Positions 36,411-49,670 are shown, counted from the stretch's first letter. The stretch: 64,000 nt of DNA from Callorhinchus milii (GCF_018977255.1 NW_024704742.1:134542001-134606000); one strand, 5' to 3'. A program made the numbers and translations. The notes: a model not told the origin generated them from the sequence alone.

Positions 36411-36600
36411 TAATCTCTGAATCGTAGCACAATATATTAATAATTTCAGCACTGAATCCCAGCGCATTATATTAACTATTTAAATACTGAAACCGAGGAT
36501 GGTATATTACCTATTTTAGCTTTGAATCTCAGCTCAGTATATAAACCAATTTAGCACTGAATCCCAGCACAACATGTAAACCAATTCTATGCCGAATCCC
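36411..36600. repeat. Degenerate 35-bp tandem repeat (~5.4 copies)
   Basis: Units start at 36411, 36446, 36481, 36516, 36551 and 36586. Consensus is approximately TTAGCACTGAATCCCAGCACAGTATATTAACCAAT. Confidence 0.85.
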
Positions 36601-36604
36601 ATCA

Positions 36605-37840
36605 AGATGGGTTAATAAAGGACAGCCAACACAGATTTGTTAAAGAAGAATCATGTCTAACAAATAAGAGTTTTTTGATGAAGTAACGGAGAGGGTGGAT
36701 GAAGGTAGTGCAGTTGATGTAACTTATATGGATTTTCAAAAGGCGTTTGATAAAGTGCCACATAAGAGACTTGTAAGCAAAATAGAAGCCCACAGTATTA
36801 AAGGGATAGTGGCAGCATGGATACAGGACTGGCTGGGTGACAGGAAGCAGAGAGTGGTGGTGAACGGTTGTTTTTCTAACTGGAGGGAAGTGTGCAGTGA
36901 TGTCCCCCAGGGGTCAGTATTGGGACCACTGCTGTTTTTTGATCTATATAAATGACCTGGACTTGGGTATAGGGAGTACAATTTCTAAGATTGCAGATGA
37001 TACTAAGCTGGGAAAAGTAGTAACCAGTGAGGAGGATAGCAGCAGACTTCAAATGGACATAGACAGACTGGTAAAATGGGCAGACAAGTGGCAGATGAAG
37101 TTTAATGTGGAGAAATGCAAAGTGATGAATTTTGGGAGGAAAAATGAGGAACAGAGAGAACTGGGGGTTCATATAAGTAAATCTTTGAAGGTGGCAGTAC
37201 AGAAAGGTAAAGTTGATAAAAAAGCATATGGGATATTAGGCTTTATGAATAGGGGCATAGAATACAAAAGTCAGGAAGTTATGATGAACCTTTACAAAAC
37301 ACTGGTTAGACCTCAGCGAGAGACTGGGTTCAGTTCTGGGCAACGCACTGTAGGTAGGATGTCAACGTTGTAGAGGGTGCAAAGGAAATTTATCAGGATG
37401 GTACCAGGAATGAGGGACTTCAACAACAACAACAAGATTCCATTTATAGGGCGCCTTTCAATTCGGGAGGACGTCCCAAGCGCTGAGTTATCAGGAGAGG
37501 CTAGAGACGCTAGGATTATTCTCCTTGGAGCAGAGAAGGTTAAGAGGAGATTTAATAGAAGTTTTCAAAATTATGAGGGGATTCAATAGGATGAACAAGG
37601 AGAAACATTTTCAACTGGCGGGTGGGTCTGTAACCGAAGGACACAAATTTAAAATAGTTGTTAAAAGAAACAGAGACGAGGTGAGGAGAAATTTTTTCAC
37701 ATAGCAAGTTGTTCGGATCTGGAATGCATTGCTTGAAAGGGTGGTGGAAGCCGATTCGATAACAACTTTTAAGGGAGAAGTAGATAATTATATGGAGAGG
37801 ACTGGTTTGCAGGGCTATGGGGAGAGATCGAGCAGGGAAT
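36605..37840 (+). mobile_element. Decayed CR1 LINE (RT to 3' end)
   Basis: Peptides YMDFQKAFDKVPH, VPQGSVLGPLLF and IADDTKLG. Very similar to 200-1330 in the opposite orientation. A nested antisense L2 tail sits at ~37421-37486. Confidence 0.94.
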
Positions 37841-37849
37841 CCCCCCACG

Positions 37850-38089
37850 CAGCTCCTGTTAACCCTGCAAGTCAAACCGCTATCAGGTAACGTGGTCCTA
37901 GCGGTGGGAAAGCTTGCCAGTAGGTGCTATGGTAAGCTATGCGGTGTTAGCTGGCTAGACTCCAGCCTTAGCTCTTGGCTCTTGCAACCCGCACCTAATA
38001 TTCTCTGGAATTAGTGAAGCAGGATGTGTGCAGTTTGGACATGCTTAAGCACGGTAATGGGTTTCTACATACACCAGACATTCAAAAAA
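37850..38089 (+). repeat. Unclassified hairpin-rich repeat, copy B
   Basis: Starts with the same CAGCTCCT.TTAACCCTGCAAG as copy A, has internal deletions and an A-rich end. Confidence 0.82.
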
Positions 38090-39930
38090 CAAGCAACTCA
38101 GTCTTTTAAAATCAAGAAAAGGAGGGAGGAGGTGGGGGAAAGAGGTTAAAAATTAAATTTGAGAATTTCAGGGGTGAAAAATGCAACTTGTAAAGTAATA
38201 ATGTGAAGTTCCATCCCTGAAAACATAGATGTCTGGTGAACCCCCAAACGCTCAACTTGCTGGAGATAATAATAATCCTTACATTTGATATAGTCTTCGA
38301 GACGTCTCAAAGCGCATCACAGAATATACTGTAAAGTGAATTAACTGTATTTTGGAGTTCTGAATGGTCTGCAGCTTGCAAGGAGATGCTAGTATCTACA
38401 CAAGTCTCATCTCTATACCCCTCTATTCCCTTCTTCCTCATGTACACATCAATTTTCCTTTAGAATATGCTGATGCAATCTGCTTCAACCACAACATCCA
38501 GCAGAGAGTTCCACATTCACATCACCCTTGGCATGAAGAAGTTCCTCTTAAGCTCCCCTACTTTATTCCTTCTCCTGTGATAGTTCCACTCTCTGAGGTT
38601 TAATTACTAAAGTAATTTCTAACCTAATCCTTTACCCAACACCATACTCATTGCTAATACTTTTACAGGAATCCTTATAAAGGATGTACTTTGAAGCATG
38701 ATACAGGGACAGAATGGAATAAGGGAGGCAGTTCAAGGTAGGTGACTGAAAGACTCAATCCACTTTACAATATATTCTGTGTAGCGCTCAGAGACAACTC
38801 AGCGACATGATAAAACACTAGCGTATGTCAAATGCAAGGATAATTGTTATTATTATTATTGAAGGGGTTTTACAAGGGTACTGAACACAGGCAGAGAAGG
38901 TGAGTGTGAGAGAGGGGTAGTTGCAGAGAGTAAAGGCTCAGCGGGGTGGGGGGGGGGGTGCGGGGATAGTGAGGCTGGGGTGGTTGCAGAGGTGGAGGGA
39001 AAGGCAAGTATTTGGAGGGATTTGAAGATCAGAGCAAGGATCTTGAAGCTGATCTACGGAGGGACAAGGGGCCGGTAGGGAAGTGTGATGGGGAAAGGGT
39101 AAATAAACACAGTAATCCATGCATGCCTGAGTTTATCCATCAATGCCATCTTGAATATACATAGATGCTGGTAGAAGGGGCCATTCTCAACACATAAATA
39201 TGCTTAGTAGGGACAGGTAAATGGTTTGCGGATCTTACAGGATGTGTGTTGATGCTTTGCCAAAAGACTCCACTAGGTGACAGTAGTTTACCTATATCCA
39301 AACCCTTTTTTTACACACGCACACTAAATGCCGAAATTTTTTCTTGTATATCGACTTTAATTGTAATAATAATCCTTGCATTTGATGTAATGCTTTTCAC
39401 CTCTTCTAGACGACTCAATGCGCTTCACACAATATACTGTAAAGTGAATTGGCTGTATATGTGTGGGCGAAATGCGACAGCCAATTGTGCACAGCAGCGT
39501 CTCATAAACAGACGAGGATTGCAGCGACTAACTTTATTGTTATCTTTTGTTTCTTAAGGGATTACTTTTCAGGGTGTGGAGTGAGTAAGGAAACTTGCCC
39601 AAGATTTCGCCCTGCCAGGAATTGAACGCAGATCTTTCGTTTGCGAGGTGAACGCTCTAACCACTGAGCTACAGGACTCCTGCAGGATTTTGTGATCAAA
39701 GTTCTCCTCCAACCCAGCGCCCCCATCGAAAAGTGCTGACTCATTGCTGCGTTACAGCTCCACTAGATTCCTATAAGGGTCAGCTGAGTTTGGGGAATTT
39801 GATCTCAAAGAGTCAAAACTGACACTCCAATGCAGTGTAGGTGAAAGCCGTTGTCATGTGCCAACAACATATTTGCTATATTTGGTTTAGTGCCTTACCC
39901 GGTTGTCAATGCAACTATCTCAATGACTAT

Positions 39931-40255
39931 GGAGTCCTGTAGCTCAGTGGTTAGAGCACTCGCTTTGCAAGTGAGAGACCTGAGTTCAATTCCAGGCAGA
40001 GGGCGAAACCTTGGGCAAGTTTCCTTACTCCACACAGAGCCTAATAATAATCCCTCCAAAAAAAAATAATAAATTGGTCATTTCAATCCATGACTGTTTG
40101 TGGGACATTGCTGTGCGCAATTAGCTGCCACGTTCGCCCACAAATATACAGTCAATTCACTTTACAGTATATTCAGTGAAGCGCTTTGAGATGTCTAGAA
40201 GACGTGAAAAGCGCGATATCAATGCAAGGATTATTCTTATTCTTATTATTATTAT
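39931..40255 (+). mobile_element. tRNA(Ala)-SINE, short form, full length
   Basis: Head nearly identical to 2001-2130. Confidence 0.92.
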
Positions 40256-41334
40256 GCAAACTCACTGCTTGTCGGCCTCCCCAACTCTTCCCGCCATAGG
40301 CGCAGATCATCCAGAACTCTGCAGCCCATATCCTCTCATGCACTAGGCTCCGCGACCCTATCATTCCCATCCTCACCCAACTCCACTGGCTTCCCATCAC
40401 ACAGAGGATACAGTTCAAGATCCTGGTCCTCACCTTCCAAGCCCTCCATGGTTTGTTGGTTGGGGGGGAATTGTTGGTCAGGATACTGTGTGTAATATAA
40501 GGGCTAATTGTTATTAATAATAATAAAATCCTTGCATTCGATACAGTGCCTTATCACACGTTGAATCGTCTCAAAGCACTTCACAGAATGTACTGCAAAA
40601 TGGATTGACTGTATATTTTGTGGGAAAAATGCAGCAGTCAATTGTGCATAGCAGGTCCCACACACAGTCATGCACTGAGTGACTAAATTATTATTTGTTT
40701 GGAGGGATTATTTCCCCCATAAAGTGATCTGCCAATCGACTAACAAGCAGTGAGAAACGATTCGCAGAAAGAAGCTACTTACTGATAAACAGGTGTGTGG
40801 AGTAAGGAAACTTGTCTAAGGTTTTGCCACGCCCAGGAATCAAATCGGGGTTATCTTGCTTGTGAGGAAAGTACTCTAACAAATACATTACAGGACTCCA
40901 AAATACAAGTACTGTTGTTCTTGATACAATAATTCTATTGATATGATTAAGCTTCTCCCTTTGAATAACCGCACTAAAAGTGATTGCGAGAGGAAGATCA
41001 ATGCCGAGCACTGAATGAAGCAGGGCTGCTTCACCTACTGCTCAAATTGTGTACATAACAAAACAAACTGGGCTTAGATTCAGGTAATGGGGCCACGGTA
41101 ATAGAAGACCAAACACTGCTAAACCTCTGTATCAATACACACGCTGAGCTGTAGCCAATTCATGCCCTAGAGACTGTAGCCCAGTCAAAACTATAATCCT
41201 TCCATGTAATATTGAGCCTATAACATTAAAATCTCTCAAATCATTTCACAGATAATTGCTGTCTCGTAATAGTGATTCTATCAAGAGGCCAATGTGGCAG
41301 GCATTCTGTACCCAATGAGGTCTTTATTATATCC

Positions 41335-41990
41335 ACTCACCTTGCAAGCGAGAGGACCCGGGTTTGATTCCTGAGTGGGGCGAAATCTTAAGCAATTTTC
41401 CTTTCTCTGCACACCTCTGCTTACCTAGCAGTAAGTATCCAGTTGTTAGTCAATTGTCAGCTTGCTTTCTGGGAATAAATAATCCCTCAAAAACAAATTT
41501 GGTCACTCGATCTTCGACTGTTTGTGGGACTTTGCTGTGCGCTATTGGTTGAACCATTTCACCTAGAAAATATAATAATAATAATCCTTGCATTTGATAT
41601 AGCGCTTTTCACATCTTCTAGACGTCTCAAAGCGCTTCACAGAATATGCTGTAAAGTGAATTGACTGTATATTTGTGGGCGAAACGCGGCAGCCAATTGC
41701 GTACAGCAGTGTCCCACAAACAGTCGTGGATTAAAAATGACCAATTTATTATTGTTTTTATTTGGATGGATTATTATTAGGTGTGTGGAGTAAGGAAACT
41801 TGCCCAAGGTTTCACCCTGACCTGCCTGGAATTGAACCCAGGTCCTCTCACTTGCAAGGCGAATGTTCTAACCACTGAGCTACAGGACTCCATACAGTGA
41901 ATCCATTTTATAGTACATTCTGTGATGCGCTTTGAGACGTCTCAATGACATGATAAGATGCGATATCAAAAGCAAGGATTATTATTATTA
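41335..41990. mobile_element. Long-form SINE (+) with an antisense short-form SINE (41573-41891) nested inside
   Basis: The + copy breaks at AAAATATA and resumes with ATACAGT after the - copy. Confidence 0.85.
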
Positions 41991-43690
41991 ATAGTCAGCC
42001 AAGGAGTGAGTGACTAATTTTATTTGAGGGATTTTCCAATCATGCCATGGGATCTTTAACATCCAGATGAAACTGGCTATATCAAACTGGCTATATCATT
42101 ATTATTACTATTATTAATAATAATGATAGTGAAATACATTCCTCTTTACAGTGGAACATATAACCATAATGATAATAATCCTTGAACAGTCATAGTGAGT
42201 GAAGTGATGAATACGTGATGGTGTATAACCTGATCGTACATTTGACAGAGGAATAACTGAACTGGTTATTAATATCCAAAGTCAATTTCCCATTGTCAGC
42301 GAGGCACAGATCAGCTACCGTATACTTCTCACAGAATTACGCCTCAGTGACTTTCCAACAAATAATTTCCAATGCAGCTGCCAGCCTTGTGGAGAGCAAG
42401 GTCATTTGAGACTCAGTAATTAGCAGCAGCACAATACTACCTAGCAAATGCATAACGGTAATCTGGTGCTATTACAATAAGCATACTAGAGACACATAAG
42501 GAAGGAGGCTGTAAACGACAAAGAATTGAATGAGAGAGTCAGTAAGGTCTGTTTGACAAGTATAGCAACAGCCTCTCATAGAGAACCACAGCAAACATAT
42601 ATTGATGTGTAATAATAAGGATCCTCGCAATTAAAATCCAGATTCTTATAGCAGCGTAAAAGAAGGCCATTCGATCACCATATTGTTTTCCCTTCCCCAC
42701 CCCTTCCACATTGTCAAGCACTTTGCGATGTTACAAACAGATACCATGCAATAACCTGCTTCAAGGGTCTCAAAGCACTTCACGGGAATTGATGTCAATT
42801 GACTTTGATAATCATCCTTGCATTAGATAGAGGGCTTTATCACATTGTTGAAACCTGCACAAAACACTTCACAGGATATACTGTAAAGGCCATGTTTTGC
42901 GGGTGAAACATGGCTGCCAGTTTGCGCTCAGCATTATCCCACAAACAGCCACGGAGCGAGTGACCAATTTTATGTGAAGGATTATCGGCCAGGATACCAA
43001 GAGAAACTCCCTTCGCTTTTCAAAAAGTGCCGTGGGATTTTTAACGTCCACCTGATCATCCCAACTTCAGAGAGAAAAGCTCCACTTTCTTGATATCTAA
43101 TAATAACAATAATAATCCTTGCATTTGATATAGCGCTTTTCATGTCTTCTAGATGTCTCAAAGTGCTTCACAGGATATACTGTAAAGTGAATTGACTGTA
43201 TATTTGTGGGTAAAACGTGGCAGCCAACTGCACACAGCAGTGTACCGCAAACAGTCATGGATTGAAGTGACCAATTTATTATTTATTATTTATTTTCTTG
43301 AGGGATTATTAACAGATGTGTGGAGTTAGGAAACTTGCCCATCTGTATCCACTCCCCCCTTCCCCACCCGGTAACGTCTTAGTAAATCAACCTTGTAATG
43401 CTACAATGTCCAATATCCAGAGAGTCTGATAGCCCCACTAATTGGGACTAATTCTCTCTCTCTTTCGCTCGCTGACTCACTCACGTATCTTGTGTGTCTC
43501 TTTTACTTACCTGTATCGGATTACTCCACCTCGCCCTCTTTGCAACAGAAAGACACTGATCTGCTAATGTTGCACACATGTACCCGACTGTAAATTAGCG
43601 CACATAGCAACCTGACTTTGTATTCGTATTGCAGCCCCATTGCAAAATAATAATCTTTACATCTGATACAGCGCCTTTCACATTGGGAGC

Positions 43691-44300
43691 CTGCAAACTT
43701 GTCTTCCCCAAATAATTATCTACTTCTCCCCTAAAAGTTGTTATTGAATCGACTTCCACCACCTTTTCAGTCAATGCATTCGAACAACTTGTTGTGTGAA
43801 AACACCCTCATAATTTTGAAAACTTCTATTATGTCTCCTCTTAAAATTCTCTGCTCCAAGGAGAATAATCCTGGCTTCTCTCACCTCTCTTAATAGCTGA
43901 AGTCCCTCATTCCTGGTACCATCCTGGTAAATCTCCTCTACACCCTCTACAACACCTTGACATTCTACCTACAGTGTATTGCCCAGAACTGAACCCAGTC
44001 TCTAACTGAGGCCTAACATGTGTTTTTTAAAGGTCCATCATAACTTACTGACTTTTGTATTCTATGCCCCTATTTATAAAGTCTAGGATCCCGTATGCTT
44101 TTTTAACAGCTTTATGTACCTGTCCTGCCACTTTCAAAGATTTACTTATATGAACCCCCAGGTCTCTCTGTTCCTTCACCCCCTTTAAAATTGTATCATC
44201 AGCTTATATTGCCTTCTCCTCATTGTTCCTCCCAAAATACATACTTTGCATTTCTACATGTTAAACTTCATCTGCCACATGTCTGCCCATTTTACCAGTT
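43691..44300 (-). mobile_element. CR1 fragment
   Basis: Homologous to 270-860. Confidence 0.9.
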
Positions 44301-44304
44301 TTAT

Positions 44305-44640
44305 AGGGAAAATGCAACAGCCAATGTGCGCAGAGCAATGTCCCACAAACAGCCGAGGAGTGAGTGACCAATTTTATTTGGAGGATTGTCGGCCAGGGTA
44401 CCAAGAGAAACTCCCTTCTCTTTTCAAAAAATTGTCGTAGGATCTTTAACGCCCACCTGGACAGGCAGACAGGAACCTCGGTTTAACATTTCATCTGAGA
44501 ATGGCACCTTCAACAATGCAACGCACCCCCAGCGCTGCATTGGAGTGTCAGCCTAGATTATATGAGTTTCTAGTTCCAACATGCATCTTGAACCGACAAA
44601 CTTCTGAGGCCAGAGTGGTACAGACTGAGCCAGACTGACA
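44305..44640 (-). mobile_element. Deu-domain SINE, well-preserved exemplar
   Basis: The reverse complement shows a tRNA-like head, the Deu block, and the 3' segment shared with the Ala-SINE. Confidence 0.8.
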
Positions 44641-45022
44641 CAAATAAGCAGATTTGCGGACAGTCAGCTGTGTTCTACTGCTCTTGTATCTTGCCTGACT
44701 GTATTTTGATCAGCTTGGTGTCTGACAGGTGCAGAAACTCTTCACCAAGTTTAAGTCCATCAGAGATCAAGAGGCGCAGGTTGGCTAGAGCCAAGGCTTG
44801 GAGACCCCCAGAATGTGCGTTGGAGTAACTGCAGTAGGAAACTGGTTGTTAGTTGCTGGCAGATCACTTTCCAGAGGTAATAATCCCTCCAAAATATAAT
44901 GATCCATGACTGTTCATATGACACTGCTGTATGCAATTGGCTGCCACGTTTCACCCTGAAAATACACAGTCAATCCACTTTACAATACTTTGTGAATTGT
45001 TTTGAAACATTTTAACGATTAT

Positions 45023-45900
45023 ACCCTCAACTCCAGGAGCACTGCTGTCCTGACAGACTGTCTGTCGGACATCAAGTCCTGGATGAGGGCAAACTTCCTA
45101 CAATGTGAACAAGACTGAGGCCCTCCTGATTGCCTCGCGCCAACGCCTCAGCACCTCAGGCTCTGGCAGCATCAACCTCCATGGTTGCACACTACAACTC
45201 ACCAAACCAGTCAGGAACCTCGGTGTCTTATTCAACCCTCAACTGTCTTTTCTCCCCCACATTCAAGCCATGACCCGCTCTGCCTTCCCTCACCTCCGTA
45301 ACATCGCCCGACTTCACCACTACCTCACCCCTCAGGCCACTGAAACTCTTGTTCATGCCTTCATCACCTCCAGGCCCGACTATGCAAACGCCCTACTTGT
45401 TGGCCTTCCCAACTCCTCCTCCACAGGCTGCAGATAATCCAGAACTCTGCAGCCCGTGTCCTCTCCCGCACCAAACTCCGTGACCCCATCTCCCCCACTC
45501 TCACCCGACTCCACTGGCTCCCTATCCTTCAGAGGATCCAGTTCAAGATCCTGGTCCTCACCTACAAAGCCCTCCACAGCCTCGCCCCACCCTACCTCTG
45601 TGACCTCCTAACCCTCTACCAACCCGCCCGTTCCCTCCGCTCAGCCGGCTCTGGCTGCTCCACGTCCCCCGACCCACCCGCGGGAGAGCCTTCAGCCACT
45701 CTGCCCCCAACCTCTGGAATTCCACCCCCCAATCACTCCGCCTCGCCCCCTCCTTAGCCTCCTTCAAGTCCCGCCTCAAGACGCTCCTCTTCGACCATGC
45801 CATCGGCCACCCCTCTTCCTCTTCCTCTCCCCTCCCTTCTCTCCCCCAACCCCAGCTCGGGTCTGAAATTCTGTACACTGTCCAGTGCCTTGTTGCTGTA
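45023..45900 (+). mobile_element. L2 LINE 3' fragment
   Basis: NKTEALLI..VRNLGVLF..HAFITSRPDYAN; close to 15530-16440. Confidence 0.92.
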
Positions 45901-46739
45901 GTTGTATATCAGATGCAAGGGTAATTACTATGTAAACACCCTTTACGACTACTCTTCCCCCTTCCTTCTTCCTTGAAACACAGGCGTCCTAATGATACAG
46001 CATTCACATTTCAGCCCTTTGAATAATTTCATATAACCCAGCTGTGTGAGATTTGCAAATAAGGGGCGGCTTGTTGCCTGAGTAATGTTTACCTGCTGCC
46101 TCCTTTTTGTCACAGGTAAAACCCACAGCTAATCACCCGTTGTTGTATGTGTACAGATATTAATGGGGAAGCAAAAAAAAACCTTAGCGGCATTAAGTTT
46201 CTAAATGCCCCCGGGTTTGTCGGCTGATTATTTTTAAGCTTCAAGCAAAAATCCTGCTTTCCTCCAGGCAGCTCGAGGAAGGCTTACACAGGCAGGTGTT
46301 GACGTCTCTTGTCTTTTCGTTGAGGTGGGAGCGGTGGAAAGAGAGAGAGAGAGAGAAAGTGAGGAGGAGTGAGGGAGGGAGGGATTGCATAAAAGAATAC
46401 TCACAACAAACACTTACTGCTCTCTCTCGCTCTCGGAGGAGCCTGTGTCAGCAGAAAGAGAAAGTAATTAAACCCAAATAGTAAAACTCATCCCCACACA
46501 TACACCTGCCAGTTCCCCTCTTTCTTTAGTGCTTCCACTGTGTGCAACAAAATAACGTACAGTGCAACTTTAGAAGAGACCATTCAAAAAAGGCTGTGGC
46601 CCTGATGTACGATAGAGCACATAAGAGAGAAAGGTGTTACTGATGAGAAAGGACGATAGTGACTACACCTGGAATCACGTGATCTCCCTCCCCCCCCTTT
46701 CTTTATCGCTCTCTCTTTCTGTATCAACCCGACCCCAGG

Positions 46740-47044
46740 TTTAAAGGAGCAGAATATGTTCAGGTGTCAGTTTTCCTTTACCCAGCGAGACCCTCTGTAA
46801 GGTGTTTGCCTGAAGGCGTTGCTGCTTTTTTTTTGTTTGTGAAGAGAAGGCGAAGGAGAAATAAGAGCCTCGTTTAGGAAGTTGGGAAACTTGTCTGTCC
46901 AGTTTGTTGGGCTCCAGTTGAAACACAATCTTTTTTGCGCTGGAAGGCAGCAGAGCTGTGGCTCTCCCAGCCCGATCTCTCCATAGTCACCGAAGAAGAG
47001 GGCAACGTTATTAAAGCCTGCGACTTTTGCGGAAGCAGGTAAGG
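46740..47044 (+). other. Candidate non-coding first exon of a plus-strand gene
   Basis: Unique sequence with an upstream palindromic E-box ATCACGTGAT (46674-46683), TTTAAA at ~46740, and a strong donor GCAG|GTAAGG at 47038/47039. Confidence 0.3.
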
Positions 47045-47207
47045 TGGTGCAATTGGATGCTTCTGGAGATGGGATGAGTGGGCAGCGCTTTGGGATGTCC
47101 TCCTGATGTGAAAGGCACAAACACAAATGTAATTTTAGTTGTTGTTCAGAGGGCGAGTTTGATTCGGGAGTGATGGATGTGGTGTTTTTAAGTCAGAGAT
47201 CTACTTG

Positions 47208-48935
47208 CGTGTGTATCTGTGTTGTGTGTGTGTGTGTCTGTGGTGTGTCTGTGTCTGTGGTGTGTGTCTGTGGTGTGTGTGTGGTGTGTCTGTGTCTGTG
47301 GTGTGTGTCTGTGGTGTGTCTGTGGAGTGTGTATGGTGTGTCTGTGGTGTGTGTCTGTTGTGTGTCTGTGTTGTGTGTTGTATGTCTGTGGTGTGTGTGT
47401 GTGCGGTGTGTCTGTGACGTGTGTGTGCAGTGTGTCTGTGGTATGTGTGTGTGCGGTGTGTATGTGGTGTGTGTGTGTGTGTCTGTGGTGTGTGTCTGTG
47501 GTGTGTGTGTGTCTGTGGTGTGTGTCTGTGTTGTGTGTCTGTAGTGTGTGGTGTGTGTGTCTGTGGTGTGTGTGTCTGTGGTGTGTGTGTGTGTTGTGTG
47601 TCTGTTGTGTCTGGTGTGTGTGGTGTGTGTTGTGTGTCTGGTGTGTGTGTTGTGTGTCTGGTGTGTGTGTTGTGTGTCTGTGGTGTGTGTGTTGTGTGTC
47701 TGTGGTGTGTGTGTTGTGTGTCTGTGGTGTCTCTGTGGTGTGTGTCTGTGATGTGTGTGTCTGTGGTGTGTGTGTGTGTCTGTGGTGTGTGTGTGTGTTG
47801 TGTGTCTGTGGTGTGTGTGTTGTGTGGTGTGTGTCTGTGGTGTGTCTATGTGGTTTGTGTGGGGAGTGGTGTGTGTCTGTGGGGGGTGGGGTGTGTCTGT
47901 GGGGGTGGGGTGTGTCTGTGGGAGGTGGGATGTGTCTGTGGGAGGTGGGGTGCATCTGTGGGGGGTGGGGTGTGTCTGTTATGTGTGTGTCTGTGGTGTG
48001 TGTGTGTCTGTGGTGTGTGTGTTCTGTGGTGTGTCTATGTGGTTTGTGTGGGGAGTGGTGTGTGTCTGTGGGAGGTGGGGTGTGTCTGTGGGGGGTGGGG
48101 TGTGTCTGTGGGAGTGGGATGTGTCTGTGGGAGGTGGGGTGCGTCTGTGGGGGGTGGGGTGTGTCTGTGGGGAGTGGGATGTGTCTGTGGGGAGTGGGGT
48201 GTGTCTGTGGGAGGTGGGGTGTGTCTGTGGGGGTGGGGTGTGTCTGTGGGGGGGTGGGGTGTGTCTGTGGGGGGTGGGGTGTGTCTGTGGGAGGTGCGGT
48301 GTGTCTGTGGGAGTGGGATGTGTCTGTGGGAGGTGGGGTGCGTCTGTGGGGGGGGGTGTGTCTGTGGGGAGTGGGATGTGTCTGTGGGGAGTGGGGTGTG
48401 TCTGTGGGAGGTGGGGTGTGTCTGTGGGGGGGTGGGGTGTGTCTGTGGGGGGTGGGGTGTGTCTGTGGGGGGTGGGGGTGTCTGTGGGGGGTGGGGTATG
48501 TCTGTGGGGGGTGGGGTGTGTCTGTGGGGGTGTGGTGTGTCTGTGGGGGGTGCGGTGTGTCTGTGGGGGTGCGGTGTGTCTGTGGGGGGTGTGGTGTGTC
48601 TGTGGGGGGTGCGGGGTGCGGTGTGCGGGGTGTGGTGTGTCTGTGGGGGGTGCGGTGTGTCTGTGGGGGGTGCGGGGTGCGGGGTGTGTGTGTGTGGGGT
48701 GTGTCTGTTTTGTGTTTTGCGTGTCTGCATGTCTGTGTTTTCTGTGTCTGCGTGCGTGTCTGCGTGCAACTCTGTGTTCTTCACGGTGCATGCGTGCGTG
48801 CGGGCGCGTTTGTGTTTTCTGCGTGCGTGCCTGCGCGCGTGTCAGTGTGCGTGTCTGCGTGTTTTCTGCGAGTGTCTGTGTTTTCTGCGTGTGTCTGTAT
48901 TTTCTGTGCGTATGCGCGTGTGCGTGTGTGCGTGC
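47208..48935. repeat. Compound GT-rich micro/minisatellite
   Basis: (GT)n with GTCT interruptions, then a ~20-bp unit GTGTGTCTGTGGGAGGTGGG, then GCGT-rich decay. Confidence 0.97.
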
Positions 48936-49254
48936 AGCGTAAGTACCTGACCTGGGACGTGGATGTGACGACACTTCGAAACGTGTGGCAGCTCGTGTTT
49001 TATTTTATTCGCTTGAAACTTTTTGACGCCTTCTGTGTCTGTGACTTTTGTTCTGCGCCGACGTCAATCCTGAATTTTTATCATTGTTTTTGTTGTTTCA
49101 AGGGGTGTGTGGGGTGGGGGGGGGAGAAATCTTGGTGATTGACATCTCGAAACAGTCGTGGGTTAAAAGCATCATTTGTTCCCGACTTTTAGTCTGAGTG
49201 ACGTAGTCAGTTGTCTCATTTTTCCTCTCTCTCTCGTTCTCTCGCTCTCTATCT

Positions 49255-49670
49255 CCTCGTCACTGATCCCACGCCCATTGCCACTCAAACACAAGCCATT
49301 GTTACGTCCTGTTTCAACTTTTCCTTCGCTCTCCTCGCTGGTCTCCCCAAGCTGAACCATTCACAAGCCGCAACTCATCCAAAGCTCCGCCGCCTGTCTT
49401 CTCACCCGCACTGAGCCCTGTCACGCCAGGCTCGGTTGTCTCCCCTTCGCAGAACGGATCGATTTCAAGATCCTCTCGCTAGTCTACAAATCCCTTCATG
49501 TCCTGGCACCTCCCTACCTTTCTGACTCCCTTTCACCCTGCCGCCTCCGCTCGGCTGGCTCTGGTCTCCTGCTTGTACCTCGGCCCCTCTGCTGCACCAT
49601 CGGTGGCCGTGTTTTCGGCCTCTACGCTCCGAAGCTTTGGCACTCTCTTCCCCCAATCCCTCTGCCTTGC
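49255..49670 (+). mobile_element. Old L2 3' fragment
   Basis: Contains TTCAAGATCCTC..CTACAAATCCCTTCATG..CCCCAATCCCTCTGCCTTGC, as in the other L2 ends. Confidence 0.7.

Noticed and set aside
36411..36600. CRISPR-like array
   Set aside because: Contiguous degenerate units with no unique spacers, no cas genes, and a vertebrate context.
36695..37373. Intact reverse transcriptase gene
   Set aside because: Frameshifted, 5'-truncated CR1 fragment.
46632..46670. Hammerhead-like CTGATGA flanked by AGGTGT/ACACCT
   Set aside because: No proper stem II-GAAA-stem III-NUH arrangement.
47170..49138. Long Cys/Val- and His/Thr/Pro-rich ORFs (up to 639 aa)
   Set aside because: Translations of the GT-rich simple repeat.
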